From: Amoebophrya sp. A120
Taxonomy: Eukaryota; Protista; Dinoflagellata
Assembly (NCBI GenBank): GCA_905178155.1
Contig: CAJINV010000005.1
Coordinates: 922,564-986,563 of the forward strand
Reading direction: 5' to 3'
Length of the DNA stretch: 64,000 nt
The notes below the pieces were generated by a model that did no database searches, had not been told where the DNA came from, and was given only the letters and a program-made list of their open reading frames with translations. The position numbers were made by a program, and so were the translations under genes. Shown here one piece after another: positions 1 through 14,234 of the stretch (positions are counted from its first letter, which is position 1; every line of letters begins with the position of its first letter).

Positions 1-2508
1 TTCATGCGCTTCATGTCTTCCTCGTATGTGGCCTGGTCTTGCTGAATGTAGAGGAAGTAGTTCATCTTCGGGGTCAGAGTGCCCCACACGCCCTGCGGCT
101 CTTCCTGAATGTACAAATGCTCCTCGTCCCCAACAAATTCGCGGACCTTGATTTTTTTCAGAAGTAAAAACATTTTTTTCTTCATGGAACCCCCGCCCAT
201 TACATGAGAACAATCTGGTGCGTCGTGGCAAATGACAAATTGCGGGAACACTTCTTTCATCTCATGGTGCGAATGAGAATTATTTTTCATTTTGAATGCA
301 AGCGCGTGATAATAGAACACGACGAAAAAAATTGAAATTCACTGTTCTCTGTACCGACAAGTGCATGAAGGAGTTCGGCATGACGGCGGAGATGCAGTAC
401 ACGTCGTCGATGTCCTTCTGGGTCAGTATCCTATGTAAAAACGTCCCCACCCCAGAGTCAAGATGGGGATTTTGCAACGCAAACCTTCAAGTTTTGGGAA
501 CCACGCATGACAAATTGCAGGTTGTAGTGCAGTGCAGTTTAGCAAGGGAAGCCGCATAACAAATCGATCTCCTTATGCTGTTTACAGCATTACAAGTTCC
601 AAAACACGACTGATAGTGATAATGCCCCTCATGGGATCGCGCATTACAAACGCTCTTGTGCTTGCAGATCTGCATCACAACTCTTGGGTGGGGACGTTTT
701 TACTCAGGATAGTCAGCTTTCCGTCCTCTGACAGTGTAAAGGGCTCGGCGTAGTCGACATACCTGCCAGGTGGATGTTCAAAAAAGGATCGATCATCTTC
801 CGTTGAGAAGGAGGATCCAGTTCTTGCGACGTACACTGCATGTCAAATGACAGCGTTCAAACGGGTTTATTAAAGGGAGCTATCTCATGAAAAAAGACGC
901 AAAAGAACTCGCTAGTACTTGATGATGACATCGTTGTCTCCTGCCTCCTTCGGTCCATCGCGCTCCTTGACGGTTATCGTCACGCCCTCTAGTGTATCAA
1001 CTGCAAATACGTCTGTGTCTCCTGGAAAGTTCTACTATTTTGCGAGACTGTAAATGATAAGCGCACTGGAATTGCACGCAGCAAAGCATGACAAGTCTTT
1101 GAGCTGGTGTGTGTTGCGTATTCTCCATGCATGGTAAGACTAGTTTTGCAAGACAGGAAGAAGGACCTTGTTCTCGTGTCCATGCAACACAGCCTTCAGA
1201 ATTATGTCAGACAAGCATCGCAAATCTTGCTATTTTCCGGATCCAGACATATTTGCAGTTCATATGGTGGTTTTGTCGAGGCTGCCTTGCGCGCTGCCGC
1301 CTGGCCCTCGGCATACCTAGAGTGAGGTAGAGCATTTTCGGCATCCAAGTAGAAATTATACTTTCGTATCACGAATCGATTCGCTGGGTCGTGTCAACAT
1401 GCTCATCGACGGATCTGTTCCTAGCGCCAGCCGATTTTTATTATGATTATACATTCTTTCCGCTGTGCAAAGATCATAAGCTTCAAATACAGAATATCCT
1501 CTATTTCCGACATAGTAGAGTAAGTACGCTGCTTTCTTGGCATCCACTTCGGCCTTGTGCGCGCCTTCTTTTGCTGCTTTCTCCGCTTCTGCAGCTTTCC
1601 TGGCTCTCTCCTCTTCCATCATGCGCTCCCTTTTGGCTGCCTCTGCTGCCTCCTGGGCGGCAATGTCAGCGCGCTGTTTTGATAAAAATTACAACCAAAA
1701 ATCTGATTTATTCCTTTATTGTTGCTCCGGACTTATTTGTAGTTCACAGCTACTTACCGGCCCTGTATCGACACACGACGAAGACGATTCACAATATCGA
1801 ACATTTTTCAAGCATGTGATGAAGAGCGAGCGCAGAACAGAAGTCCTCCTCACTTTTAAATGACAAAAAAATCAGTACCATTTCCTCCGCCGTCTTGGAA
1901 AAGACGATGTCGTACTTTTTCCCGGACTTGGACTTTCTCAGGTGTGGGAGCGTCAGGTTGGAAAGCGACAAAAAGGAAAAAGTTTGTGATGCATTGGATC
2001 GCTATACACTGTTGTGAAGCCGCAAACTACGCAGTTTCTATAGCGGAGCAGGACGAATTTCGCAAACGCTTCGAGCGTTGAGTCTATTCTCATTCTATTA
2101 GCGCAATGATGTTGCGCGTAAAATAATTTCCTGTCATGATAGCAAGCAGCAACGATTGCTGACGGCAACCCTTTTGTAGCCCCGTGACCTAACAAGCATT
2201 ACAAGGACCTGTGCAAGACAGTCCCTTCTTGTTTTTGCGTTATGTGCCCTGTAACGGAAGCTGATTTTACCTATTTCCATTTTGGAAATTTTTCCAAGCT
2301 GACACGGTGATATCATGAGCGCCGGTCGGATCAAGGTTTCGTCGACCATTTCCTCGCCGTCAATCATGAGCAGCTTCCACTGCGGTTTCACGCCGGCATA
2401 CGCGGCCTGCGTCCCGTCGATCACGGATACCACCTCGTCCGCCTTCATGTCCAGCCCGTGAACGCCAAAGGCGAACTTTATCCGCACGCAACCCGGCGGC
2501 AGTGCCAT
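1..2508 (-). CDS. Multi-exon protein with an N-terminal PDZ-like domain and an Ala/Glu/Lys-rich coiled coil; 3' end lies outside the window
   Basis: ATG at 2508 begins MALPPGCVRIKFAFGVHGLDMKADEVVSVIDGTQAAYAGVKPQWKLLMIDG (PDZ-like pattern). The frame is restored across introners 1943-2312, 995-1264 and 427-711 and across GT-AG introns (~1674-1878, ~1318-1528). Confidence 0.65.
427..711. mobile_element. Introner, TIR family B
   Basis: TATCCTATGTAAAAACGTCCCCACCC ... GGGTGGGGACGTTTTTACTCAGGATA with perfect 5-bp TSD GTCAG. Removal gives DGKLTQKDID on the minus strand. Confidence 0.93.
995..1264. mobile_element. Introner, TIR family A
   Basis: TATCAACTGCAAATACGTCTG ... CCAGACATATTTGCAGTTCATA with TSD TAGTG/TGGTG. 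Removal gives ASTKP(P/L)EGVT. Confidence 0.88.
1943..2312. mobile_element. Degenerate introner, family D-like
   Basis: Inverted GTCAG(G/C)TTGGAAA near both ends, right end GATA, TSD TCAGG/TCATG. Removal gives PALMRKSKSG. Confidence 0.75.
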
Positions 2509-4139
2509 TTTCGCTCACAGAGCTGGTCGAGATGTGGTTGTACTAGGTTAGGACAAGTACTGTGGGAGGGCGACCCACACTAAATTTCTCGATAGACGTT
2601 CGTTTTATTTATATTGGCCTGTAATTCGTGCTGGCTTCCTGCAGTTCTTTCAAGTGCTTCTCTTGGGGAATGGGGACGTCGTCGAGCAGAGACGTTGGCT
2701 TATGCTCAGATCTACTGTACCATGATAAGCAGGCCTGTGGACAAGGTTCAAATGAAGTCTTGGGCATCAAACTTATCGATTCACTCCGACAAAGTTCCAA
2801 AGCATTTGCAGCACTCTCATTCATTAGGGCGACGATAGAGGACTCTCTACAACTCCCGATCGACTCTTTCACAGAGATGAACCACCGAAAGCAATAACAA
2901 CGGCTGCACCCTCCAGGGTCCGATGGATAAATCGACAAGATGTCAATGTTCTTCCTTGCGTGTAGTACATGTTTGAAACCGATAAGGAAAAGCAGTGGCT
3001 TTCGCTTGTGGTGACGTGAGGCAAGCTCATTTGGTTCTGGTACAAAGGTGTTTCAACCGAAAACTCAAGGTCTCAGCAAGAACGAGTTCTCTAACCGAAA
3101 AAGCTCAGGGGGGAAGCGTTTGTTCCAATTTTTTTCTTAGTACAATATGCACAGAGGATGCAAACACGGTGTAACAAGCATAAGCAAAAAGAGCAGCAAG
3201 CAGACTAGGTGTAAAACCTGAATGGGACAGCCCGAGTGTATCAGATGAGCCTGTGTCGCAATAGAAGGAAACATAGAAACAAAGGCGTCGTAATGTAAAA
3301 GTGTCGTGACGTCGTATGACTAATGTAAATGAAAGTGATACCGTGCGGCTGTACCTACCGCTTATTTCGCGCACGCGATGCTGGGGCAAATTTCTTTTGC
3401 TGCGTGTTTTCCTGCAGCAGACCGCTGTTTCTTATCATCCCGTTGCCGGCAGTTGAGGAGGCTTGTGCATAGTTGTTTTTAATGCTTCTGCTTTGCGGCT
3501 GCAGTCTTGTGCACGTCGAGGCAACGTAGCTTTTCTTGTTTCCCGTGGTTGGAGGTCTCTGCAATTGTGGAGGAGGTCTAGTGCTGTTGTTCAAGTCGTG
3601 CAACGACTGTTGTTGTTGTATCTTCGTGGCGCCAAATTTATTACTTGTAGGTGTACTTCTATTACCCTGCTGCGGCCGTAATCCTTTTACCGGTGCTGTT
3701 GTGGGTCGTTGGGTAATTTCTTGTTCCGGGTAAAAAGCCGCTGGTAAAACTACTGCAGATGCTCCTGCCTCTGTAGAAGTTGTTCCTTGTCTAATATTTG
3801 CAGCGTCGTGTACAAGATCCACGTTCACACCACGAATCGCGTCGGTGGCGTGTCTGATTTTCATCATCCTACTGGACCCGGTTCCGGTCGCAGCAGCTCG
3901 CCCCCGTGGCTCTTTCAAATATCCAAAAAAAAAAAAGTGCTACAGTTACTTACGCATTTGTTGGAACTTCAGCGACACAAAGAAGCTCAGCAAGAATAAA
4001 GAGAAGACTTGCAATGCAGAGATGATAAGGCAAAACACGTATGGAGCAAGTAGACTCGCAAGCATTTCGCGCAAAACCAAGGCGATCTGTCTTGCTTGGC
4101 CCGCAACACAAGGGGTAACTGTAACCCTTTTTCTCTTTG

Positions 4140-6440
4140 CATATCAAACCGAAGAAGACCAGTAGCCGCTTTCGTTCCGCTTCCGGAATCGTCCCGCCTG
4201 GGTACTGCTTTTCGTATCCTGTGTAAAAACGTCCACACCCTAGAGTCAATTTTGCAACACAAATCCAGAAATTTTGACAGTCACGCACGACAAGCTTCTC
4301 TCTGTAGTGCAGTGCAGGCTGGCCAGGATTATACCGGCGCCACGAATCCATCTGCTTATCCTGTTTACAGCATTAGAAATGCCAACACACGTCGACTAGA
4401 AATGCGATGCCTCTCATGCGGATGCGCATGACATCGTCAAATCGGTTCCAGTAGATGCAATAAATCTGCCATGACAGACAACTCTGGGGTCGTGCGGGCC
4501 CCGTTTTTCCGCAGGATATTTCGAACTTCCACATGATGTCGTCGTTCGCCATCACCTCTTTTTCGGTTCTCGCAAGCGTCTTTGCGTACTCCTCGTACTT
4601 GACCGCACGGTCGAAGAGTTTTCTGCGTTCGATCTCCTTCAACCGCTGGGTTATGGAAATGTTGCGTCAGGTCTTCTATTGGCTTCCATGCTCATGCTTG
4701 CGTGTCCTGCATACAAAAAAGAGCGCTCTGCTTCGTGGTCGTGTCGTAGAACAAGAGCTTGCACGTTGCATAACATACGATCGATGCAACAGATATTGAA
4801 TTTTCATCCAGTAAAAATGTCGACTTCTATTTTCCACGGCCTGACGCATTCTTCCCATATGCTCATGGTCGAACTTGCTGCCTCTCTGCTCCCTTATCCT
4901 GCGGGCGAGTCGACACCTGGGAGATTTGTCATTGGCTTCTACTTCACGGTTGATCATGTACACAATGGCTAGATAAAACTCAATATACAATATGCTATCG
5001 CATCTCAGATCGACAGTGGAATACAAAGAGAGAAAAACCATAACCATAGCATGCCTTTATCAAGAAAAGTACCGTCGTATCGAGTGTGCGTCTTTTTCCT
5101 CTACTTGATCCGGCGGCTCTTCCCAGATCTCTTTTTCCCTGCAGCCTGGCGGAAGAAACTGCGGCGGGTCGTAGTGTATGCTATCATTGTTATCCTGTGT
5201 GAATAACAAACCGAGGCCTGCTGTCAATGATCGTGAGCAGTAGTACAGCGTCACATATCTCTGTTCCTTTCATCGCTCGTAAAATGCAGCGGATGAACGG
5301 AAAACTGAAAAGCTGCACCAGGCACCTCCTACATATTGCAATTATTGTCGTTGGCTATAAGATGATTTGCATGCCAAGTCTCAAGAGCTGGGCGACACGT
5401 TTGGATTTCACGAAGGATAGTTGTCTACCCGGTTGAAAGCCCAAAAAATCACTATGGTCCGCTGTCCTGTGTAAAAACGTACCCACACTACAATTGTCAG
5501 TTGACGAGCAGAGTTGCATGCCCCCGCCCAGGAGGTATTTGTATTTTCTCATCGTGCTGGGAAAAAATCTGACATGAGCTGATTTGTCGTGCGTCTGGAC
5601 TAAATACAACGGGGCATAGGACTAAACTGCATACGCAAACATGTGGTCAACGAGACTCGCGAACCTTCTAGATTTCTCTCACAGAGTTGCCATCTCGCCT
5701 ATGGAGTAATATGGGTATCAGTTTTTCTGCGGGATAACGGCCCGCTGCTGGCCTCCTCTAGGCGCTGATCCGGACGCAGAAGCCGGCCAGAGATATGGAA
5801 TTAAAAAGATGAAGACCCCACATTTATTGTACCCCCGTTGGTGAAAGGTGCATTACCGTCGTGATCCCTCGTCCCATGCAAGAGAGCGACTTGCAAACCG
5901 CACTTTACAATTCTAAATTCGTCTTGCCAGCAGTAACTGTGGTGAGCTCCTTCTCCATTCCTAGGGTCAATTTCTCTATGCACTTCAAGTTCTTTGGGGG
6001 TACAAAGTGAGAGCGGCATACAACTATTGACTCTTTTCATAGTCGCCCGTGTAGAAACAAAACCCTGTTCATTTTTTGATCGGCACAATTCTTTTGTTTT
6101 TGGATTTGGATGAATCAATGGTCGGAAAGAAATAAAGCAAAAAATTGTCCGGTTGAATTCGAACCTGTATCATGTCTCTACTCTTACTTTTTAGCAGCGA
6201 AGGATAAAACATTTTTTGAACTTCTCCATCCTGCAGGATGATACCTCTCCCATCCCACGGCACCCCGTCTGAAAAGATGCTATCGTACTGCGACTCTATG
6301 ATGTCTTCAAAATCCAGGTAGAGCTGCTCCACGCGCATCATCTGTGGGCGGCACAACGTGCCCCGGGTTCCCATGAAACGAACGAACCGCACATTAGACG
6401 GGCGGCGAGGGATGAACTCCCGTTTGGGGGGGTGCGGCAT
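4140..6440 (-). CDS. Multi-exon hypothetical protein; 3' end uncertain
   Basis: ATG at 6440. In-frame joins across introners give QKMFGRLLRPDQRLEEASSGRTIVIFWAFNRVDNDSIHYDPP and DIMWKFEKQYPGG. The junctions at ~4650-5060 are not resolved. Confidence 0.55.
4215..4518. mobile_element. Introner, family B
   Basis: TATCCTGTGTAAAAACGTCCACACCC ... CGTTTTTCCGCAGGATA with perfect TSD TTTCG. Confidence 0.92.
5191..5419. mobile_element. Degenerate introner, family B-like
   Basis: TATCCTGTGTGAA ... TTCACGAAGGATA with TSD ATTGT/GTTGT; frame restored. Confidence 0.78.
5463..5736. mobile_element. Degenerate introner, family B
   Basis: TGTCCTGTGTAAAAACGTACCC ... GGGTATCAGTTTTTCTGCGGGATA with TSD TCCGC/ACGGC (3/5). 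Removing the element plus 5 nt restores the frame. Confidence 0.72.
5794..6206. mobile_element. Probable old introner
   Basis: TAT...ATA ends with inverted TAAAAAG and TSD AGAGA/AAACA. Removing the element plus 5 nt gives KMFGRLL in frame. Confidence 0.5.
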
Positions 6441-7815
6441 AAGCGAGCAGAACCAGTTAAAGTAAGCGAATGTAAAACTTTAATTTCTACCACGGATGGT
6501 CAATATTAGCTGCGGATTTTTTCCTGTGAAATTTGCTCAACATGTGTTGATGATATCACGATCTAGCAAGTAGATGTCGGTGGAAAACAAACACTACTGT
6601 AAAATTCCATTTCTAATTTAAGACAGGTACTAGAAATGTTCGTACTAGTACAAAAAACCGGTATCATTATCCTTATTGGCATATTCTCGTCACAACATCT
6701 TCACTACCGTACCACCGGTTCTAAGACACCGAGAACCGACCCGCCTCGTGGCCAGGTCCTCTACAAAAAAAAACTCCTATGATAGTTCGTTGTAAGTACC
6801 ATATTTCTTCGACGACACTACAACTTATCCAGATGTGAAAAGGAAGAAGATGAGGTCTGTCGAGGGGCTCCGTGCAACAAGACGAGTAATTTGAACTACT
6901 AGTACAGGCCAACGATAGCTTCCTCCCCCGAAAAATCTCCTCGTGACCAATCGAAGAATGAGTACTAACCCGTAGAAAGAAATAACGACGTGCACCAAAC
7001 CGACAGGGGAAACAACAAGCAGAGTATGAGCACACTGCGATGAAAAATAATGCCAACTGGTAAAACTCCCCGCACGAAAGCCCGAGCGAAAATGACCCTG
7101 CAGAGAACTACGAGTACGACGAGAAGGAACAATTGATTACTAAGTATTGACACCGAGATCATGTTCCTGGCGACATAGACGCTCACGACTTTTCTGAAGA
7201 TCTAGACTTTGTGATGATCCGTTCAAAGCGAACCAGGATACGCAGACCGGTGTCGAGAAGATGAAACATCCAACGAACAAACCGCCCTGACCCAAGATCA
7301 AATCGACCAAAATTCATTTCCGAGGGAAGCAGGAACAATCTCACACCAAGCCTTTGTGTTGCTGCACACCGACGGTGGCCCTCATACAGATACTCTTCGC
7401 ATGGTCTCTTTCAACTACCTGGGACTACAGCGGTGCTCAACCGTGCTGGTCCTCCCATCACAGGAGTGATTTGCAAGTCGGGTGTCTGGATATTTGTAGA
7501 AACCGGCAGAGTCGCGTTCACAGTGGCTGCATCGCGAAGAGAAAGGTCTATCACAATGTGGACTGCAAGAAAAACTGGAGCAAGGCGATTTGCTGACTCG
7601 TGGAGTTCTTTCTCCAGCGAAATTATCTAGTCTAGAGACCAGTTGTAGAAAAAGTTTTTACAGTAGAACTTTGTAGTCGTGGATAGTCACTGGAATTTTT
7701 ATGAACCTCGCGTCCGAGGAGATGAACAACGAGTACGAGCCTCTCGCTTCGCTTGTGAATAATTGAAGTGAGCTGACAAAAGTGAGTACGCGAGTCGGAA
7801 GTAGAGCCGCTTCAT

Positions 7816-9532
<1,717 letters not shown>

Positions 9533-10503
9533 CTTCTTTCTTTTCGTACAAGGACAATTCAGACAGGTGGCACAGGTCGTATCCAATCGTGAGCGGCGCA
9601 CTTGTGCTAGAGAGCGAACTATTTTTTCCTCGTAGGAAGAAGAACAAGGACCAGGAAGATTTCAAAAGACAAAATACAGCCGTAGAATTAGTTACAGTTC
9701 TTCTTTATTTCGCGTGCTTGCAGATGGCAGTGCAGTGTTTGTTGTTGTTGAACAGGCGAGGCTAGTGCTCGAGCTGCAGCTGATGTAGCATTTGCGTCAA
9801 GATGTTCTTTTATCGCGACAAGCAACGACTTACTCGTGATATTTTTGTCTTTGTGAGAATACAGGAATTGAATTCTTTCCATTGGATGCCATTACGTGTC
9901 AATACACCGAAGTCGATCCCTACAGAGTTCTCTGATGCTGATACATGTTTTAGTTTTACCAGTACTTACTAACCAATACAACGCGGACCTAAAGCTCTAG
10001 ACCGACAATTTTTCGAATCAACCTCCTGCTGCTTGCACCGATTTCATCTAGGATATTCATCCTGATCTTCCTCTATTTTCCGCGCATAGCGAACCGAACT
10101 GGACCCTAGAACCTGCAAGATATGTTGTCGCGACCGATCAATTGGACCAACAATGAATGCCGACGCAGAAATCAACTTTACGTTTACCGCAGAAGATCAT
10201 AGCAGACATTCTTCATTCAGAAAAATGCCTCAGATTCATGGTGAAGGGAGGACGATCACCGACATGATCTGCGGAGAGGTAGCACGCTCGTACTTGTTCA
10301 CAATGTGCACGAAAAGGAAAAGGCTCCTTCCGCTCTGCTGCGCAACTACGAGCCAACTTTTTCATTGCCCGAACGCGGACTACAGTTTTTACAAGCCTAA
10401 CGCGATTTCGACCTTGATGAAGCTGTTGCTGTTCTTTTAACGTGTCTTACTACTAGTCTTTTCATTCTTTGGGATTGTGAGGCAGAAATACTGAAGTAAC
10501 AGC

Positions 10504-13350
10504 TCAAGATGCTGACTCCGGTGCAGGCGTTAGAGCAGGCGGCGCGGCACCCGTTGTACGAGTCGTGTTCCACGCCGAGTTGTTCACCATCTGTAAACCT
10601 CTCCTGCCGTGAAAACGAACCTCGTCCAGGTTGATATTCCGATATGTTTCAGCGTTGTTATTTCTGCGCTTAATCTCTTCAAGTTTTGCGAAGTGGGCCA
10701 TCTTCTCAGCGAATTCGCCTTCGCGGATGGCCACTTTTTCACGGTCGACCAGGGTGGACAGAGTGGGTTTTTTGCCGGGCCGTGTCGAGGGACGAAACGT
10801 CTGCTGCAACAATTTTGCGTTGTGCGGATTCAATTTTAGCTCCGTAGCCAAGTCCTGGTACGCAAAAATGCGAAGAGATGGGCCCGTGTTCGCAGTGAAT
10901 GTTTCGAAGGCGGCTGCGGGCCAGGCGGCAAAGTCGAAATACGACAAACGAGTCATCTTTTCTCGCTCTTCCCGCGTCTCCCCGCGAAGGTACAGCTTTT
11001 CCGGGGGCACAAAATCCAGCATGCGATGGAAAGTGACGGGGGCAAGAAACTCGTCGACCCAATTCGTGCAAGAGGTGTTGTTAGCTCGCAGAAAGCAGCC
11101 GGAACTCAGATCGTGGAGGCGAGAGTAGGCGCTGAGCAGCGGCAGGGCAAACAAACAGTACATAAAAAGGATTTCGAAACTGAAAGTCGCCCGGGCCATC
11201 CGTTTTTTTGTCCGCAGCCGCACCTTCAGTGTCCGGAGCAGAGACAAACCCCGGACAACATCCTTCGCTGGTGCACCTGGTGCATCCAAGACAGAAAGCA
11301 GAAACATACAAGACAAGAAGAGAAACCCCAGCACCCAAGCGGCGACCAGCACTACCAGACGCACGTAAGCCCACCGATTCCAGGGGATGGGCTCCGCTTC
11401 GTAATCGATGCAGCCGCCGTGCCAGGCATGGGGCTCCATAAAATCCAGACCGCCGAACGAAGAGGCATCTTGCGCATCAGTGGACCAGAAGTCGAAATTG
11501 GTAGGCACCCGCGAATTAAAAATCACGAGCAAGTAGCTGAGCGGCACGTTTTCGCCCCAGAAGAGTTGCACCGATTCGAAGATCAGGAGCGTCACTGAGC
11601 CCAAAAATGCACCTACTCCATGCAGAATGGTGAGAAGCGTTGCGCGTGCAACCTTGAGTTTTGCGACCTCATCGGTGGTCGAAGGCAAAACGGCCACACT
11701 AACGAAGCAGAAAATCGGAAACACGTGCCAGACTGCCCGAGCGGACACTTCCTTCCAGTTTTGCATGCGCGGGAGCCCCGGGTTGCCCTGCAAAAGCGCA
11801 TCCACGTCTCGCCACTTGCACCACGCCGGGTAGGCCTCGAATGAAGGCACCGCTAACAAGGAGCTCATCATGTACAGCACCACACAGAGCGTGAAAATGA
11901 GCCCCTCTGCGGAATCGCGCCGCTGACACACGCAAGAGAGGGTCCCAGCCTGCGCGAAATCATTTGGAAGCGGGTCGTCTGAATCCTCCTGCCCCTCGTC
12001 CGTCTTGTCACCTGCTTCGGACTCGGCATGCTTGGCTAGAAGCTGTTCCTGCTCACGCCCCTGGTTTGTCCCGTCCTCTCCTCCAGCACCACCATCAGAA
12101 ACTTCACTAGCAATCGCAAGCAACGATCCACTCTCGGATCCCTGCAGCTGCGTCGTCCCTTCTGTCCCGGCGCGCAGGTGGTCCTCTGCCGGGTGAATTT
12201 CGGAGGATTGCCCGCGACTGCGATTACTTGCTTGGCCCCGCGAAAAGTACCGACGGCGCGTTTCTACACTAGCGAACATTACCAAGTACCACGGCGCGGC
12301 GGAAGCAATCCAGACGAATATGTATCCGAACGAGAGCAGTACAAACGTGATCTGCTGGTTGCTCCGCGCCGTGCCGATGAACACCCACAGAAGAAATCGA
12401 AGCATGTGATACACAGCGGCCCCGCCCCAGCGAAGTCGCTGGAACGAACGCCACGTCTCGTCCTCAAAAGACTCCGCTCTTGCTTTCAGCGCCGCATTCT
12501 CCCGGGAAAGCCTCGCGATCTCCTCCCGGTTCTGAAGGTCCTGCCCAGCCATTTCCTTCCTCACCTCTTCCTTCAACTCTCGCCTCAAGTCTTGCAGCAT
12601 CAAACCACGCAACTCTCGCTTCATCGCCTCGAAGGAAGGGTCGTCGTTCCCCATGGTCTTCATCGCTCCATCTGGCGCACGAGAAAAAGAAGCGCGCTCC
12701 GCCTCAGCCACCACATCGCCTTCTTCCTCCAGAAGTGATCGAGTACTGCTGGCGGTGCTCTCCGGCGGATGATCGCCATCTGGTGGTGGAACATCAAGCT
12801 GGCCACTTCCCAGAGCAGTCGCAAGCGCTGCTGCGCCGGTCGTCTTCGCCGCGAAAGACGAAGGAGATGATCGCTCACTGCTCTTCGTTTTTTCTCGTCC
12901 ACCACCTGCGGGGGCCAACATGGAGGCAGCCTCATGAGCCGCACCAATGACGCTTTCATCCTCCTCTGCGTCTGCTTCGTCGCTCGGTGAAGAGAAGTTG
13001 AACTCGGCGTCTTGGCCAAGGGCGACGTGCTCAGCCTGTGGCGATGCTGGGACATCGAGGAGATCCTGATCTTTTCTACTTCTGCTCGTGGCGGCTAGCT
13101 CTCCCGACGCTGAGCTCGGACCGGCATCACCGTGGGAAGGCGCCCCTGGTATCTCGCTCTCTTGCAGCAGTGAAGCGTTGGGCTTTCCATTCTGCGAAGA
13201 GGTATGCGCGGCTCCTCCGTTGCTCAAACTACCCTCCAAGTCCAATCCGAACGCTGGAGCGCAAAATAACAAAACTGCTTGCTGCGCCGCCAAAGTGCAA
13301 GAACCTGCGCGACCGAGGTCAAAGAACCGCAGCAAGAAGCGCGCGACCAT
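10504..13350 (-). CDS. Intronless 948-aa multi-pass membrane protein of unknown function
   Basis: Long ORF with a hydrophobic N-terminus, low-complexity region, coiled coil and ~7-8 hydrophobic segments. Confidence 0.75.
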   Translation of the reverse strand: MVARFLLRFFDLGRAGSCTLAAQQAVLLFCAPAFGLDLEGSLSNGGAAHTSSQNGKPNASLLQESEIPGAPSHGDAGPSSASGELAATSRSRKDQDLLDVPASPQAEHVALGQDAEFNFSSPSDEADAEEDESVIGAAHEAASMLAPAGGGREKTKSSERSSPSSFAAKTTGAAALATALGSGQLDVPPPDGDHPPESTASSTRSLLEEEGDVVAEAERASFSRAPDGAMKTMGNDDPSFEAMKRELRGLMLQDLRRELKEEVRKEMAGQDLQNREEIARLSRENAALKARAESFEDETWRSFQRLRWGGAAVYHMLRFLLWVFIGTARSNQQITFVLLSFGYIFVWIASAAPWYLVMFASVETRRRYFSRGQASNRSRGQSSEIHPAEDHLRAGTEGTTQLQGSESGSLLAIASEVSDGGAGGEDGTNQGREQEQLLAKHAESEAGDKTDEGQEDSDDPLPNDFAQAGTLSCVCQRRDSAEGLIFTLCVVLYMMSSLLAVPSFEAYPAWCKWRDVDALLQGNPGLPRMQNWKEVSARAVWHVFPIFCFVSVAVLPSTTDEVAKLKVARATLLTILHGVGAFLGSVTLLIFESVQLFWGENVPLSYLLVIFNSRVPTNFDFWSTDAQDASSFGGLDFMEPHAWHGGCIDYEAEPIPWNRWAYVRLVVLVAAWVLGFLFLSCMFLLSVLDAPGAPAKDVVRGLSLLRTLKVRLRTKKRMARATFSFEILFMYCLFALPLLSAYSRLHDLSSGCFLRANNTSCTNWVDEFLAPVTFHRMLDFVPPEKLYLRGETREEREKMTRLSYFDFAAWPAAAFETFTANTGPSLRIFAYQDLATELKLNPHNAKLLQQTFRPSTRPGKKPTLSTLVDREKVAIREGEFAEKMAHFAKLEEIKRRNNNAETYRNINLDEVRFHGRRGLQMVNNSAWNTTRTTGAAPPALTPAPESAS

Positions 13351-14234
13351 CTGCTAGTTGCTGCCTCACACGGACTTTCAGTTTGACGAAGTAGATCTAC
13401 TAGAAGAGTTGTACAACTTTTTTTTTACAGCCCAATAGCAATTGGAATTGCACACGATCTTTATCACCCTTCTACACCTCTCCTCGCGTCATGCCGAAGA
13501 TGCCTTGACGAGGTTTCCACGTACAACTATCCGGCAACTAATAGTCTGAACTACTCCTGGTTTTATTTCCTTTTCTTGCTTTTCCCACGGTTGCTATGAT
13601 AGATTCGGGATCTAAATCATCTTCCTGAGTGAAACCACTTCTCATCAACCCCACGACCACAGCAGACTAGTGAAAAGGAAAACAACAACAACTGAACAAG
13701 AGAACGATTCGCAACTACTGAACAAGGAACTTGCGCCATAAAAGCACCACAACACTTCATCGCTTGCTTACTTGACTCCGGAGCCTTGGCAAAAAAGCTG
13801 GCCCTACTTTCGTGCCCGATGGCGAAAATGTTTATTTTTCCTAGAGAACAGTGACACTCCTAGTTCTCGTTCTATCTTGTTTCGACTCAAGCGGAGCAAT
13901 CTGTATTTTTCTTTGCCACAGTGTTACATTCTGGGTGGAAGGAGTAAGTATCTATATTCCAAATGTAAAATCAAAAGCATCATCATCATGTTTGTGTTTG
14001 TCCTGACATTTGAACATTTGTCTTGCCTCATTCTCATGTGAGTGGACGTTCACTCGACCATAAGTAAAATCAAAATAATTGGACGTAAACCTAAACTGTG
14101 AGTGGACGTAAAATCAAATAGAAGATCAAAGTAGGAGTTTGTGTTTGAGTAGGATTCTTCAATGAATTGACTACCTTCTAGCACTTCGTCGCGCGCAAAA
14201 AATGTTCTCATTCCCACGAGGATCGCAGAACAGG

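Noticed and set aside
4652-4795. TAT...ATA-bounded candidate introner
   Set aside because: The preferred frame needs removal of element + 6 nt and the TIR is weak; unresolved.
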